From Pseudomonadota bacterium (GTDB lineage Bacteria; Pseudomonadota; Gammaproteobacteria; Burkholderiales; SG8-39), in contig CANGMI010000009.1 of NCBI GenBank assembly GCA_947455195.1, forward strand, positions 99,601 to 163,600: DNA of 64,000 nucleotides. Direction: 5' to 3'. Position 1 is the stretch's first letter. Every line of letters begins with the position of its first letter. Below the pieces are notes generated by a model. That model did not search any database. It had not been told where the DNA came from and saw only the letters and a program-made list of their open reading frames with translations. Positions 1 to 9,326 of this stretch are shown here, piece after piece. A program made the position numbers and the translations under genes.

Positions 1-41
1 GCGTAGCATCGGGGACCCTGATCAAAGACACTGCGCCCACC

Positions 42-1406
42 TTGAACACGCCCGCCCCGTCCGCGCAACCGCACTTCAAGGCGCACAGACGCTGGGTCCT
101 TCTGGCATGCCTGCTGGGCATGTTCATGAGCGCCATCGAAGCAACCATCGTCGGCACCGCCATGCCCACCATCGTCGCCGAACTGGGTGACGTTGCACTG
201 CTTGGCTGGGTTTTCTCGGCCTACCTCGTGGCGCAGGCGCTCGCGATCCCGTTCTACGGCCGGCTGGCCGACCTGCGTGGACGCCGTCTCGCCTTTGCCA
301 GCGGTGTGCTCATCTTTCTGGCCGGTTCGACGTTGTGCGGATTTGCGCGCTCTCTGCCGCAACTCATCGGCTTCCGGATTCTCCAGGGGCTGGGTGCCGG
401 GGCAATCATGCCGGTGGCCATGACAATCGTGGGCGACCTCTACAAGGGTGCAGAGCGCGGGCGCATACAAGGTGCGCTATCGAGCGTCTGGGGCCTCTCG
501 GCGGTGATCGGGCCGCTCCTGGGTGCCCTGATCGTGAGCACCACCGGCTGGCCGCTGGTGTTCTGGCTCAATCTGCCATTCGGGATCGCTGCCATGGCCC
601 TCCTGGCCGTCTTCTTTCGCGAGTCACCCAGACTGGCCGCAACTCGCTCCGGTACCGACGGAGACGCCAGCATTCCAGGCACACCCGGCGCCAGCGTGCA
701 ACCCTCGTACTTCACGCTGCTGCGCGATCCGGTCTTGATCGCGGGCAACCTCGGAAGTCTCGCCATCGGCGCCGCCATGATGGGTGTCATCGTGTTCATG
801 CCGATCTGGGTGCAGGGCGTCGATGGTGCGGGCACCACCGGGGCCGCCTGGGCCCTGGCAACCCTGTCGCTCGTGTGGCCTGTGGCCAGCACGATAACCG
901 GACGTTATCTGGACCGCTTGGGTGGCCGCCGCATGGCTTTCGCGGGTGGTGCCACGCTCACCCTGGGGTGTGCCCTGCTGGCCTTTCTCTCGGGCGCCAG
1001 CAGCCTCATCTGGCTGCTGGTCGGGTCGGCGGTGACCGGTGCCGGGCTGGGTATCTGCAACACGACCTACATCGTCTCGGTACAGGCCAGCGCATCACAC
1101 GCAACGCGCGCGCGGGCCACCGCCTCGGTTTCGTTCTCGCGCATCCTCGGATCGGGCTTTGGTGCCGCGGCGCTCGGCGCCATCCTCAACCTGTCGATCG
1201 CCCAGCATCTGCCTGGCATCGCCGATCCGGTGGAACGCCTGATGGACGAGGGACGCCGGGCCCTGCTGACACCTGCGGAACTCGCAACCATGACCAGCGG
1301 CGTGAGCACCGCCTTGCATCAGGTGTTTCTGGTCACCTGCCTCCTGGGCGCGACGGCCCTGGCCGTAAGCGGACTCTTCCCGAGGCGCCGACCCGACACG
1401 ACCTGA
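42..1406 (+). CDS. MFS drug/metabolite efflux transporter (DHA2/MDR-like)
   Basis: Multiple TM helices; motif D1-like MSAIEATIVGTAMPTI, motif A GRLADLRGRR, motif B RILQGLG, motif C GPLLG. TTG start uncertain. Confidence 0.9.
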   Translation: MNTPAPSAQPHFKAHRRWVLLACLLGMFMSAIEATIVGTAMPTIVAELGDVALLGWVFSAYLVAQALAIPFYGRLADLRGRRLAFASGVLIFLAGSTLCGFARSLPQLIGFRILQGLGAGAIMPVAMTIVGDLYKGAERGRIQGALSSVWGLSAVIGPLLGALIVSTTGWPLVFWLNLPFGIAAMALLAVFFRESPRLAATRSGTDGDASIPGTPGASVQPSYFTLLRDPVLIAGNLGSLAIGAAMMGVIVFMPIWVQGVDGAGTTGAAWALATLSLVWPVASTITGRYLDRLGGRRMAFAGGATLTLGCALLAFLSGASSLIWLLVGSAVTGAGLGICNTTYIVSVQASASHATRARATASVSFSRILGSGFGAAALGAILNLSIAQHLPGIADPVERLMDEGRRALLTPAELATMTSGVSTALHQVFLVTCLLGATALAVSGLFPRRRPDTT

Positions 1407-1649
1407 CACGCTGGCAGCGTTCGAGCATCCACCAGCGTGCCGGCGCGGGCCGAACCGGCAGGCAACGGCGCGGCAAACGACACCTGCACCCCGAATCGGG
1501 GAGGCACCAGAGGCACGATCGCCGGTGCCACGCAGGGGTGGCACTCTGGACGCGTACCTTTTTGTAGTCGAGAATCGAGCCGTTGCAGGGCTCCGCCCTG
1601 ACGACCACGACGACAACCGCGCCCGCATCAGACGGCGCCGGAGGAGACC

Positions 1650-2642
1650 ATGCCTGCCATCACCCGTTCCGCGGCAATGCTTGCCATCGCACTTGCCGGG
1701 CTGCAGTCGCTCTGCATTTCGCAGACCGTCCTCGCCCAGGACTATCCCACCCGACCGATCAGGCTCGTGATTCCGTTTGCCGCGGGGGGTACCACCGACT
1801 CGGTCGGTCGCGTGCTGGCCGCAGGACTGTCGACACGTCTCGGGCAGCAGGTGATCGTCGAGAACAAGCCCGGCGCAGGCTCGCAGATCGGGCTCGAATA
1901 CGTGATGCACGCACCGGCCGATGGCTACACGATCGCGCTGGGTGGCTCCGATGGTCTGGCAGTCATGCACGCCATCCGACGCAAGTCGCCCTACGACTCG
2001 TTGAAGGATTTCACACCGATCGCGCTCGTCGCCAATGCGGCGCTCTCCTACACGGTGAACGCGAAGGTGCCTGCCAACACACTGAAGGATTTCATCGCTT
2101 ACGCCAGGTCGAAGCCGGGCGCGGTTCGCTACGGTTCGGCCGGCGTCGGCACCACGCTTCATCTGGGCATCGAACAACTGCAGGCGATGGCCGGCATCGA
2201 CATGGTGCACGTGCCCTACAAGGGTGGCGCCCCGATGATGACCGATGTGGTGGCCGGTGAGGTCGAACTGGTTCTGACGTCGGCCGACTTTGCCAAGCGC
2301 TGGGCCGACACCGGGCAATTGCGCGTCCTCGCACAGGCCGACACGGTGCGGCATCCGCTGTTGCCCAATGTGCCAACCACGACCGAGGCCGGCATGCCTG
2401 AACTGCAGGCGGTGACATGGTTTGGTCTCTTCGGGCCGGCAGGCCTGCCGCGACCGATCGTCGAGCGCATCGCGGCTGAATTGCCAGCGCTGCTCGCCGA
2501 CCGCACCCTGATCGACCGGCTGATCACGGTCGGGGCCTACACACGATTCACGCCCGCTGCGGAGATTCCGCGCATCATCACCGAGGACACGGCACGCTGG
2601 ACCCGCATCGTGCGCGACGCCCGCATTCCGCTGCAGGACTGA
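1650..2642 (+). CDS. Bug/TctC tripartite tricarboxylate transporter substrate-binding protein
   Basis: Signal peptide, YPTRPIRLVIPFAAGGTTD, ENKPGAG, ADGYT, HVPYKGGAP; GGAG SD upstream. Confidence 0.95.
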   Translation: MPAITRSAAMLAIALAGLQSLCISQTVLAQDYPTRPIRLVIPFAAGGTTDSVGRVLAAGLSTRLGQQVIVENKPGAGSQIGLEYVMHAPADGYTIALGGSDGLAVMHAIRRKSPYDSLKDFTPIALVANAALSYTVNAKVPANTLKDFIAYARSKPGAVRYGSAGVGTTLHLGIEQLQAMAGIDMVHVPYKGGAPMMTDVVAGEVELVLTSADFAKRWADTGQLRVLAQADTVRHPLLPNVPTTTEAGMPELQAVTWFGLFGPAGLPRPIVERIAAELPALLADRTLIDRLITVGAYTRFTPAAEIPRIITEDTARWTRIVRDARIPLQD

Positions 2643-2666
2643 AGCGCGGGGGGGAGGCGGCGAAAC

Positions 2667-3659
2667 ATGACACGGCAAATACCGAAACGGCTGAACATCG
2701 CGAGCGGGTTCTGCCTGCTCATGGGTCTCGGTGCAGCGACACAGGCTGCCCTCGCGCAGACATTCCCGCAGCGCACGATACGCCTGGTCATCCCGTTTGC
2801 CGCCGGTGGCTCCTCGGATCTGGCTGCACGCCTCATCGCGCAGCGCATGGGCGATGTGCTCGGGCAGGGCGTGATCGCCGACAACCGGGCAGGGGGCGGC
2901 GGCACGCTCGGCTCCGATATCGTGGCACACGCCGCACCCGACGGTTACACCCTGGGCCTTGCCACCACCGGCACCCTCGGCATCAACCCGGCGCTCTATC
3001 ACGCGCTGCCCTACGACCCGACACGCGCCTTCGATCCTGTCGGGCAGATCTCGACGGGCGCACTCACCTTTGTCATTGGCACGGCAGTGCCGGCCCGTAC
3101 GATGGCCGAATTCGTCACCTGGGCCCGGGGCATGAACGGACGCCTGAACATGGCCTCGTCAGGCAGCGGCACACCGCCTCATCTGGTGGGCGTGCTGTTC
3201 AACCAGCTGGCCGGCTTGCAGGCCACGCACGTGCCCTTCAAGGGTGGCGCACCGTCGCTTGCCGCGACCATCGCGGGCGAAACCCATTACGACCTCGACG
3301 TCGTACCCACGTCGCTTCAGCAGATGAAGGCGGGGCGCATCCGCGTGCTGGCCGTGACCACGCCCACACGCAGCGCCGTCATGCCCGATGTGCCGACCAT
3401 GGCCGAAGCAGGGTTTGCAGGCGCGAGCGCAACCGTGTGGAACGGACTCATCGCGCCCGCCGGCACGCCACCCGCCATCATCGCGACGCTCAACCGTGCG
3501 CTGAACGGCGTACTCGCCACCGGCGAGATGCGTCAGCGCTTCGCCGACCTCGGGCTGGAGCCGGTGGCAACGACACCGGCCGCCTTTGGTGATCTGGTGC
3601 GCGAGGAGATGACGCGCTGGGCTGCGCTCGTGAAGCAATCGGGGGCGACAGTCGACTGA
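2667..3659 (+). CDS. Bug/TctC substrate-binding protein
   Basis: Signal peptide, FPQRTIRLVIPFAAGGSSD, PDGYT, HVPFKGGAP; GGAGG SD. Confidence 0.95.
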   Translation: MTRQIPKRLNIASGFCLLMGLGAATQAALAQTFPQRTIRLVIPFAAGGSSDLAARLIAQRMGDVLGQGVIADNRAGGGGTLGSDIVAHAAPDGYTLGLATTGTLGINPALYHALPYDPTRAFDPVGQISTGALTFVIGTAVPARTMAEFVTWARGMNGRLNMASSGSGTPPHLVGVLFNQLAGLQATHVPFKGGAPSLAATIAGETHYDLDVVPTSLQQMKAGRIRVLAVTTPTRSAVMPDVPTMAEAGFAGASATVWNGLIAPAGTPPAIIATLNRALNGVLATGEMRQRFADLGLEPVATTPAAFGDLVREEMTRWAALVKQSGATVD

Positions 3660-3795
3660 GCTTGCTGGTCAACAAGGTCCTTGGCCACACGCCCGCGACC
3701 GACACGGCGGGAGACGGGCGGGTACGGCACAGGATGGCTGCGGGCGCCCCGAGCAGGCTCGACAGCGGGTGGGCTCGTCCCTCACGGAAGATGCC

Positions 3796-6186
3796 TCAGG
3801 CCGGGCGGGCAGCAGCGATGGACGCTCGACGCACCAGCGGCCGAAAGCACAGACGCCGGTACGGCTCCGCCTTCAGGTTCGGTGCCACGCGGGGAAAGTG
3901 CATGAAGCCGTCGATCGCGACATCCAGAAGGTGCCCGCGGCCGATACAGCCCGACAGGATGTAATCGACGCCATCAACCAGTGGCCGGCCACGCACGGCC
4001 GAAAATGCGGGCAAGGCTTCGATGGCTTCGACTTCGATCATCTCGTAGACTCGCCCGAGGAGAAAGGCGAGGTCGAAGACGACATTGGTCGGAAAGACCA
4101 GACTGAAAAAACCCTCATGGGTCGCCGTGGCATCGAGATCTTGCAGGACGCTGTCGCTCCCATTGACCAGCAAGCCTGGAATGGACTGCATGCGCGCACC
4201 GGCGCCAAGCGGCCGTGCCTCGATCCCGAATCGCTTCAACGTGAAGAGTTCCCGGGCCAGTGCAGGATCGAGAGCACGCAGCTCGTGCGCATAATTGGCG
4301 CGCCGATCCTCGAGGGCGGCATTCATGTACAGGAACCCGGTGCGGCGCATGCCATCGCGCGCCTTGGTCTCATCCATGAGTGCCATGGAGAGGTCGGTGC
4401 CCAGGTTGAAGTCGAAACTGAACGGGCGCAGGCAATCGATCTCGCCTGACGACGGAAAGTAGATGGACCGTGCCAGATCGACGGCAGCCGAGATGCCGAG
4501 CCGCTCGTGACCGATGCCCGCCAGATATCGGTCCTCGCGACAATCGGTGATGAATTCAAGGCAGCCGGCCTGAATCTCCTGCGCAACGCGCGTCTGATGC
4601 TCCGAATGCCGGTTGCGGGCAAAGATCGGCGACCCATCGGCGGCATAGCCTTCGGTACTGGGCCCGCTCTGGGCGCAGAGCATCTCGAAACTCGCAATGG
4701 CGTCGCCAGTGAGCGCAGCAATCGTTCGGTCATCGACCCACGCCACATCGATCAGCCCCTTTCTGCTCGCATCATCGACCGCGCGTGTCGCCGAGATGAG
4801 ATAGCGACCGACAAGATCGACATCGAGGTCACGCTTGAGGAGAGGCTCGAGACAGGTCTGTGCCGTACCCGTGTAACCCAGATCGACCACCATCAGCCTG
4901 TCCCCGGCTCGCAGATCGAGGCGTGCCGTGAGGTGGCGGTAAAGGCCTTGCCGCAGTGACCGGGCCTTGGCGATGATGATCTGCATCGTGCCCGGGTCGC
5001 GCAGCAGACGAAGCAACTCGGCACCGGGTGTCGAAGACGCCTCGACGCGCTGCAAGATGGCCTGCGAAATCGCCTCCGGCAGCAGCAACTGTCGAAGCAC
5101 CATGCCGTAGGTCTTGTCGTTGAGATGGTCAACGAGAACACGCAGCACGTCGTCCTCGGTCTCGAGCGATGACGCAATCGCCGTGAATCGACTGACGTTG
5201 AGCAATGCGCCGACGGGGCCTGCATTCAGAACCTCGCAGGCCGCCGCGGGCAGAAAGCCATCTCGCATGAGGAAACCCACCTTCAGGCGCCGCCCCTCGC
5301 CCTCGAGTCGCTCCTTTTCGGCAAGAATGAATGCAGCAAAGGCCTGCATGACAGGCCCGATCGAGCGGTAGCCGACCTCGCGTTCCGGGCTTCGCGTGGG
5401 TGCGGCTGCGAGCCGAGGGTGAAAGAGGCTCGTGAGCGGTTTTTCACTGCGCAGCGCCGGAAAGAGTTGCAATGCAACAGCATCCCGGTCGCTCAGCATG
5501 GCATCCAGTCCGGGGCTGAAGCGCGTCAGATGAATGCTCCGGATGCCAAGCGCGTGGGGCGCGACCCGATCGGCATGGTAGTTGTCGCCGATGTGCAGGA
5601 TGTCACCGGGTGCCACCCCGAGACGCTTGATGACCACGGGCCACAATCCATTGCCTTTGGACACCCCGTGCTCGCTCGAGCAGAAGACCTCATCGATCAA
5701 TGGGGGAAGATCCGGATCGGCTGCTGCCAGCAGTTCACGCAACTGAGCGGAGGCGTAGTAGATGTCGCTCACCACGATGACCTTCAGGCCAAGATCTTTC
5801 GCGGCGCACATCAGGCGGGCGATCGGTCTGAAGATCACGCCATGAACCATCTCCTCGGCCATCTCCCGACGCACCGCCGGTGCGATCGCCTCGGGTTGGC
5901 TGGCGCCAAGCAACCGGGCATAGATATCTTCGATTGACACCTCGCTCGTTCCGTCGAGGAGCAGTTTCTTCTTGCGTGCCTGAGCCTCAGCCCGCGCGCG
6001 ATCCACGGCACTCCAGCGGGCACCCGACCTTGCAGCCGTCCGCGCGACTGGGTAGAAGACATCCTGGGGCGCGGCAACAAGTCGCCAGTACAGGGTATCG
6101 AAGCAATCGAGCGACAGCACTCGCAAGGGCAAACGCGCACGCAGCCATTGCGCAGTCAGTTCACCGGGGTAGATCTCGTCACTCAT
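3796..6186 (-). CDS. HAD phosphatase + phosphoribosyltransferase-like dual-domain protein (probable PRPP-dependent glycan ribofuranosyltransferase)
   Basis: HAD motifs SLDCFDTL, VVSD, SK, HIGDNxxxD in the N-half; FLMRDG, VSR and VVDLGYTGTAQ (PRPP-loop-like) in the C-half. ATG at 6186 preferred; TTG 6207 is an alternative. Confidence 0.75.
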   Translation of the reverse strand: MSDEIYPGELTAQWLRARLPLRVLSLDCFDTLYWRLVAAPQDVFYPVARTAARSGARWSAVDRARAEAQARKKKLLLDGTSEVSIEDIYARLLGASQPEAIAPAVRREMAEEMVHGVIFRPIARLMCAAKDLGLKVIVVSDIYYASAQLRELLAAADPDLPPLIDEVFCSSEHGVSKGNGLWPVVIKRLGVAPGDILHIGDNYHADRVAPHALGIRSIHLTRFSPGLDAMLSDRDAVALQLFPALRSEKPLTSLFHPRLAAAPTRSPEREVGYRSIGPVMQAFAAFILAEKERLEGEGRRLKVGFLMRDGFLPAAACEVLNAGPVGALLNVSRFTAIASSLETEDDVLRVLVDHLNDKTYGMVLRQLLLPEAISQAILQRVEASSTPGAELLRLLRDPGTMQIIIAKARSLRQGLYRHLTARLDLRAGDRLMVVDLGYTGTAQTCLEPLLKRDLDVDLVGRYLISATRAVDDASRKGLIDVAWVDDRTIAALTGDAIASFEMLCAQSGPSTEGYAADGSPIFARNRHSEHQTRVAQEIQAGCLEFITDCREDRYLAGIGHERLGISAAVDLARSIYFPSSGEIDCLRPFSFDFNLGTDLSMALMDETKARDGMRRTGFLYMNAALEDRRANYAHELRALDPALARELFTLKRFGIEARPLGAGARMQSIPGLLVNGSDSVLQDLDATATHEGFFSLVFPTNVVFDLAFLLGRVYEMIEVEAIEALPAFSAVRGRPLVDGVDYILSGCIGRGHLLDVAIDGFMHFPRVAPNLKAEPYRRLCFRPLVRRASIAAARPA

Positions 6187-6234
6187 GTCGAGACGCTCCG
6201 GAGCCAAAGGTGCCGGGCCACCACGCAGCGTACC

Positions 6235-6504
6235 TCACAGATGGATGCCCAGCGCCGGCAACTGCTGCTGGCGGCTCACGAGAGCCAGCCCACGGTACAG
6301 GGCGATCCGCTTGATGAGGGTGGCCACCCTGGGCACCCCGAACGCCGATTTTCGATGCGGCGAATCGAGCGGGAATTCGCCGGAGTGGGCGTTGCAGCCG
6401 ATGCTGTTCTGCATATCGATCAGCGCCTTCATCAGATCGGCATCGCGCAGACTGGTCTTGTCCAGAACCTGCCGGACCGAATCGGCCGCATTCATCATGC
6501 TCAC
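6235..6504 (-). CDS. Small hypothetical protein (about 87-89 aa)
   Basis: Protein-like composition, co-oriented with and about 50 nt upstream of the HAD/PRT gene; no recognised family. Confidence 0.5.
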   Translation of the reverse strand: MSMMNAADSVRQVLDKTSLRDADLMKALIDMQNSIGCNAHSGEFPLDSPHRKSAFGVPRVATLIKRIALYRGLALVSRQQQLPALGIHL

Positions 6505-6694
6505 CCTGAGTATTGGCTGGGAACACGCTGCCCCAGCGCCCGATCACATCGATGCGCGCCCGGATGGTCAGGATAACGCCCAGACCGTCGGCTGATCAGC
6601 GCCAATCCATTGCGTTCGGTTAACGGCACTCACGCCTCCAGAAGCCGTCAGGAGAGAACGAATCCGCTGGCCGAGCGCTTTCCCCGCCCGTGAT

Positions 6695-6756
6695 CTGTCA
6701 CGCCACCGTCACCCAACCGTCATCCTCAGTTCACCTGAATGTCATATCCATGTCAC
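6695..6756 (+). promoter_or_regulatory. Tandem Pho boxes (six PhoB half-sites at 11-bp period) upstream of ptxA
   Basis: CTGTCAC 6695, CCGTCAC 6706, CCGTCAT 6717, AGTTCAC 6728, ATGTCAT 6739, ATGTCAC 6750; PhoB consensus is CTGTCAT-N4 repeated. Confidence 0.88.
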
Positions 6757-6802
6757 AGACCAGGATCAGCATCGCGACCTCTCCAACCTTCCCATCCTGT
6801 TC

Positions 6803-7624
6803 ATGGCTGAAGCAGGCATCTTGCCACCGCTGGTCGCTCGAGCCGATCGCGCAGAAGTGGTCTACCCCAACGGCACCCGGGGTCTGCATGCCTGCTCGCT
6901 CGAGTTCAGGGCAGGCGAATTCGTGGTGCTTCTGGGGGCCTCGGGGGCCGGCAAATCCACCCTGCTTCGCCTCCTCAACGGGCTTGCAACGCCTACCGGC
7001 GGCGCCGTTCTCGATGCACACGCGCGATCGCTCACCGGGCGTGGCGTCCTGCGACGCCATCGCCGCCGCACCGGTATGGTGTTTCAGCAGCACCACCTCA
7101 TCGATCGACTGAGCGTTCTTCAGAACGTACTCATTGGACGACTGGGCTCGCGCTCTCTCGCGGCCTCGCTGCTGCCGTGGACGCGCGCCGACAAGTGCCT
7201 CGCCTTGTCCGCCCTCGCCCGAGTCGATCTTGTCGAGCGCGCCTTGCAGCGCGCCGATGCACTCTCGGGCGGCCAGCAGCAGCGTGTCGGCATCGCGCGC
7301 GCGCTGATCCAGGCACCCACCTTGCTGCTGGCCGATGAACCGGTGGCAAGCCTTGACCCGGCAACCGCCGAGCGGTTGATGAACCTTCTGGGCACCATCT
7401 GCCGATCTGACGGCATGGCGCTGATCGTCAGCCTGCATCAGGTCGAACTCGCGCTGCGTCACGCCGACCGAATCGTGGGTCTCAAGGACGGGCGTGTCGT
7501 GTTTGATGGCCGCCCTCAGGACATGACCAGCCAGACCCGCATGGACCTCTATGGCACCTCGTCAGACCAGACCGACGAGGGCGCACCGATCGCCGCACAC
7601 TCCGCCACAAGGATCACAGCATGA
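6803..7624 (+). CDS. ptxA: Phosphite/phosphonate ABC transporter ATP-binding protein (PhnC family)
   Basis: Walker A GASGAGKST, LSGGQQQRV signature, LLLADEPVASLDP; first gene of the operon ending in ptxD. Confidence 0.88.
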   Translation: MAEAGILPPLVARADRAEVVYPNGTRGLHACSLEFRAGEFVVLLGASGAGKSTLLRLLNGLATPTGGAVLDAHARSLTGRGVLRRHRRRTGMVFQQHHLIDRLSVLQNVLIGRLGSRSLAASLLPWTRADKCLALSALARVDLVERALQRADALSGGQQQRVGIARALIQAPTLLLADEPVASLDPATAERLMNLLGTICRSDGMALIVSLHQVELALRHADRIVGLKDGRVVFDGRPQDMTSQTRMDLYGTSSDQTDEGAPIAAHSATRITA

Positions 7625-8508
7625 ACCGAAGAGACGTCCTCCAGACGTTCGCACTCGCCCTCACCGGGTCGCTCGCTACCGTCATGAGCAGCGCGCAGGC
7701 GCAGGCGCAGACACGAGACCCGGCACGACTGCGGCTTGCCTTGCTACCTGACGAGAACGCGACAAGCCTCCTGCAGATGGCACAACCGCTCAAGACCTAT
7801 CTCGAGCAGCGACTGAAGAAGGACATCGAACTCATCATCACCACCGACTATTCGTCGATGATCGAAGCGGTCCGATTCAAACGCATCGACGTCGCCTACT
7901 TCGGCGGTTTCTCCTACGTGCTGGCCAAGTCAAAGGCCCCCGACATCGAAGCCTTCGCGGTCGGCGTCGAGAAGGGCGCTCCGACCTACAACGCGATTCT
8001 CATCGCCAACGCCGAGGGTCCGGTGAAGTCGCTGTCGGATATTCGTGGCAAGGCATTCGGCTTTGGCGATCAGGCATCCACATCCAGCCACCTGGCCCCG
8101 CGAGCGCACCTGTCACGCAAGGCAGGTCTCGAAGGCGACCGCGACTACAAGGTCGTGCACCTTGGAACGCATGACGCCGTCGCACGCGCAGTCCAGGCCG
8201 GGCAGGTACCCGCCGGCGCCCTGTCCGAGGCGATCTATCGCAGCCTGGTGACGCGCAAGATGATCGACCCCGCGAAGATCGTTCAACTCGACCTGAGCGA
8301 CCCGATCCCCAACTACCCGGTGGTAATGCAGAACGATCTCGCGCCGGCCCTGCGGCAGGGCATCCGCACGGCTTTCCTCGAACTCACCGACAAGGACGTG
8401 CTGAAGTCATTCCGCGTCGAAGGCTTCATGCCGACGAGCGACAAGGCCTACGATGTGCTGCGCGACATGGCGACAGTGCTGCGCCTGGACATCGCAAAGC
8501 TGAAATGA
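7621..8508 (+). CDS. ptxB: Phosphite ABC transporter periplasmic binding protein
   Basis: Export signal (MNRRDVL, Tat-like); DYSSMIEA, GDQASTSSHL, GTHDAVA, PIPNYP match PtxB/PhnD; ATGA overlap with ptxA. Confidence 0.88.
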   Translation: MNRRDVLQTFALALTGSLATVMSSAQAQAQTRDPARLRLALLPDENATSLLQMAQPLKTYLEQRLKKDIELIITTDYSSMIEAVRFKRIDVAYFGGFSYVLAKSKAPDIEAFAVGVEKGAPTYNAILIANAEGPVKSLSDIRGKAFGFGDQASTSSHLAPRAHLSRKAGLEGDRDYKVVHLGTHDAVARAVQAGQVPAGALSEAIYRSLVTRKMIDPAKIVQLDLSDPIPNYPVVMQNDLAPALRQGIRTAFLELTDKDVLKSFRVEGFMPTSDKAYDVLRDMATVLRLDIAKLK

Positions 8509-9326
8509 ACTTCGCCACACCCCCCTGGGCTCAACCGGCGTTCGAGGCCCTCCTCGACCAGGATGCCAGAACCACGAGCAGGCGTGCGCTGCTGTCCGGC
8601 CTCGTGCTGGCTGTCTGCATCGGTGCGTTGTGGTTCACCGGTGCGTTCGATCTGCCCCGACTGGCCGATGGCGTACCGGCCATCGGCCAGTTGCTTTCGG
8701 AAATGGTGCCGCCCGACTTCACCCGCTGGCAATCCTGGTGGAGGCCACTGGCCGACACGCTGGCGATGTCGATTGCCGGCACCGCACTCGCCGTAGCGAT
8801 ATCGCTGCCCCTTGCGTTGCTGGCGGCACCCAACACCGCACCAGGCCCCGTGACACGCCATGCCGTTCGGTTGCTGATGTCAGGTCTGCGCTCGGTGCCC
8901 GAGATCATTCTCGGCATCCTGTTCGTCGCGGCGGTCGGCTTCGGCGCCTTGCCAGGCGTCCTTGCGCTGGCTCTTCACTCGGTCGGCATGGTCGGCAAGT
9001 TCTACGCCGAAGCCATCGAACATGTCGACGCCAGACCGATCGAAGCAGCCGCTGCGGCCGGTGCCGGACGATTGCAGATCATCGTGCACGCCGTCCTGCC
9101 TCAGGTGCTGCCGCAACTGGCCGACATCACGATCTACCGGTGGGAGTACCACTTCAGGGCATCGGCGGTACTCGGTATCGTGGGTGCGGGTGGTATCGGT
9201 TTCGAACTGATGGCGGCCTTGCGCCTCATCGCCTACGACCAGGTCGCTGCCATCCTGCTCACGATTCTGGCCTGCGTCGTGGTAGTCGACTCGATCGGGG
9301 CCGCGCTTCGAAGGAAACTCAAATGA
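8505..9326 (+). CDS. ptxC: Phosphite ABC transporter permease (PhnE family)
   Basis: RSVPEIILG, GKFYAEAIE, YRWEYHFRAS, GIVGAGGIG; ATGA overlap with ptxB. Confidence 0.88.
   Translation: MNFATPPWAQPAFEALLDQDARTTSRRALLSGLVLAVCIGALWFTGAFDLPRLADGVPAIGQLLSEMVPPDFTRWQSWWRPLADTLAMSIAGTALAVAISLPLALLAAPNTAPGPVTRHAVRLLMSGLRSVPEIILGILFVAAVGFGALPGVLALALHSVGMVGKFYAEAIEHVDARPIEAAAAAGAGRLQIIVHAVLPQVLPQLADITIYRWEYHFRASAVLGIVGAGGIGFELMAALRLIAYDQVAAILLTILACVVVVDSIGAALRRKLK

Noticed and set aside
1525-1553. GTGCCAC-N6-GTGGCAC hairpin and TGGCAC GG-N10-GC sigma54-like site upstream of the first Bug gene
   Set aside because: The -12 element lacks TTGC and short GC-rich palindromes are common here; promoter and terminator readings cannot be distinguished.
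6695-6756. CRISPR-like or iteron array
   Set aside because: The 11-bp period with 7-bp units fits PhoB sites; no spacers, cas or rep genes. No CRISPR array was seen anywhere in the window.
8630-9322. 565-aa ORF suggesting an N-terminally extended PtxD
   Set aside because: The extension is an alternative frame of ptxC; PtxD homology begins at ATG 9323.
6803-9326. C-P lyase phosphonate operon phnCDE
   Set aside because: No phnG-M genes; the downstream gene is ptxD and the binding protein matches PtxB.
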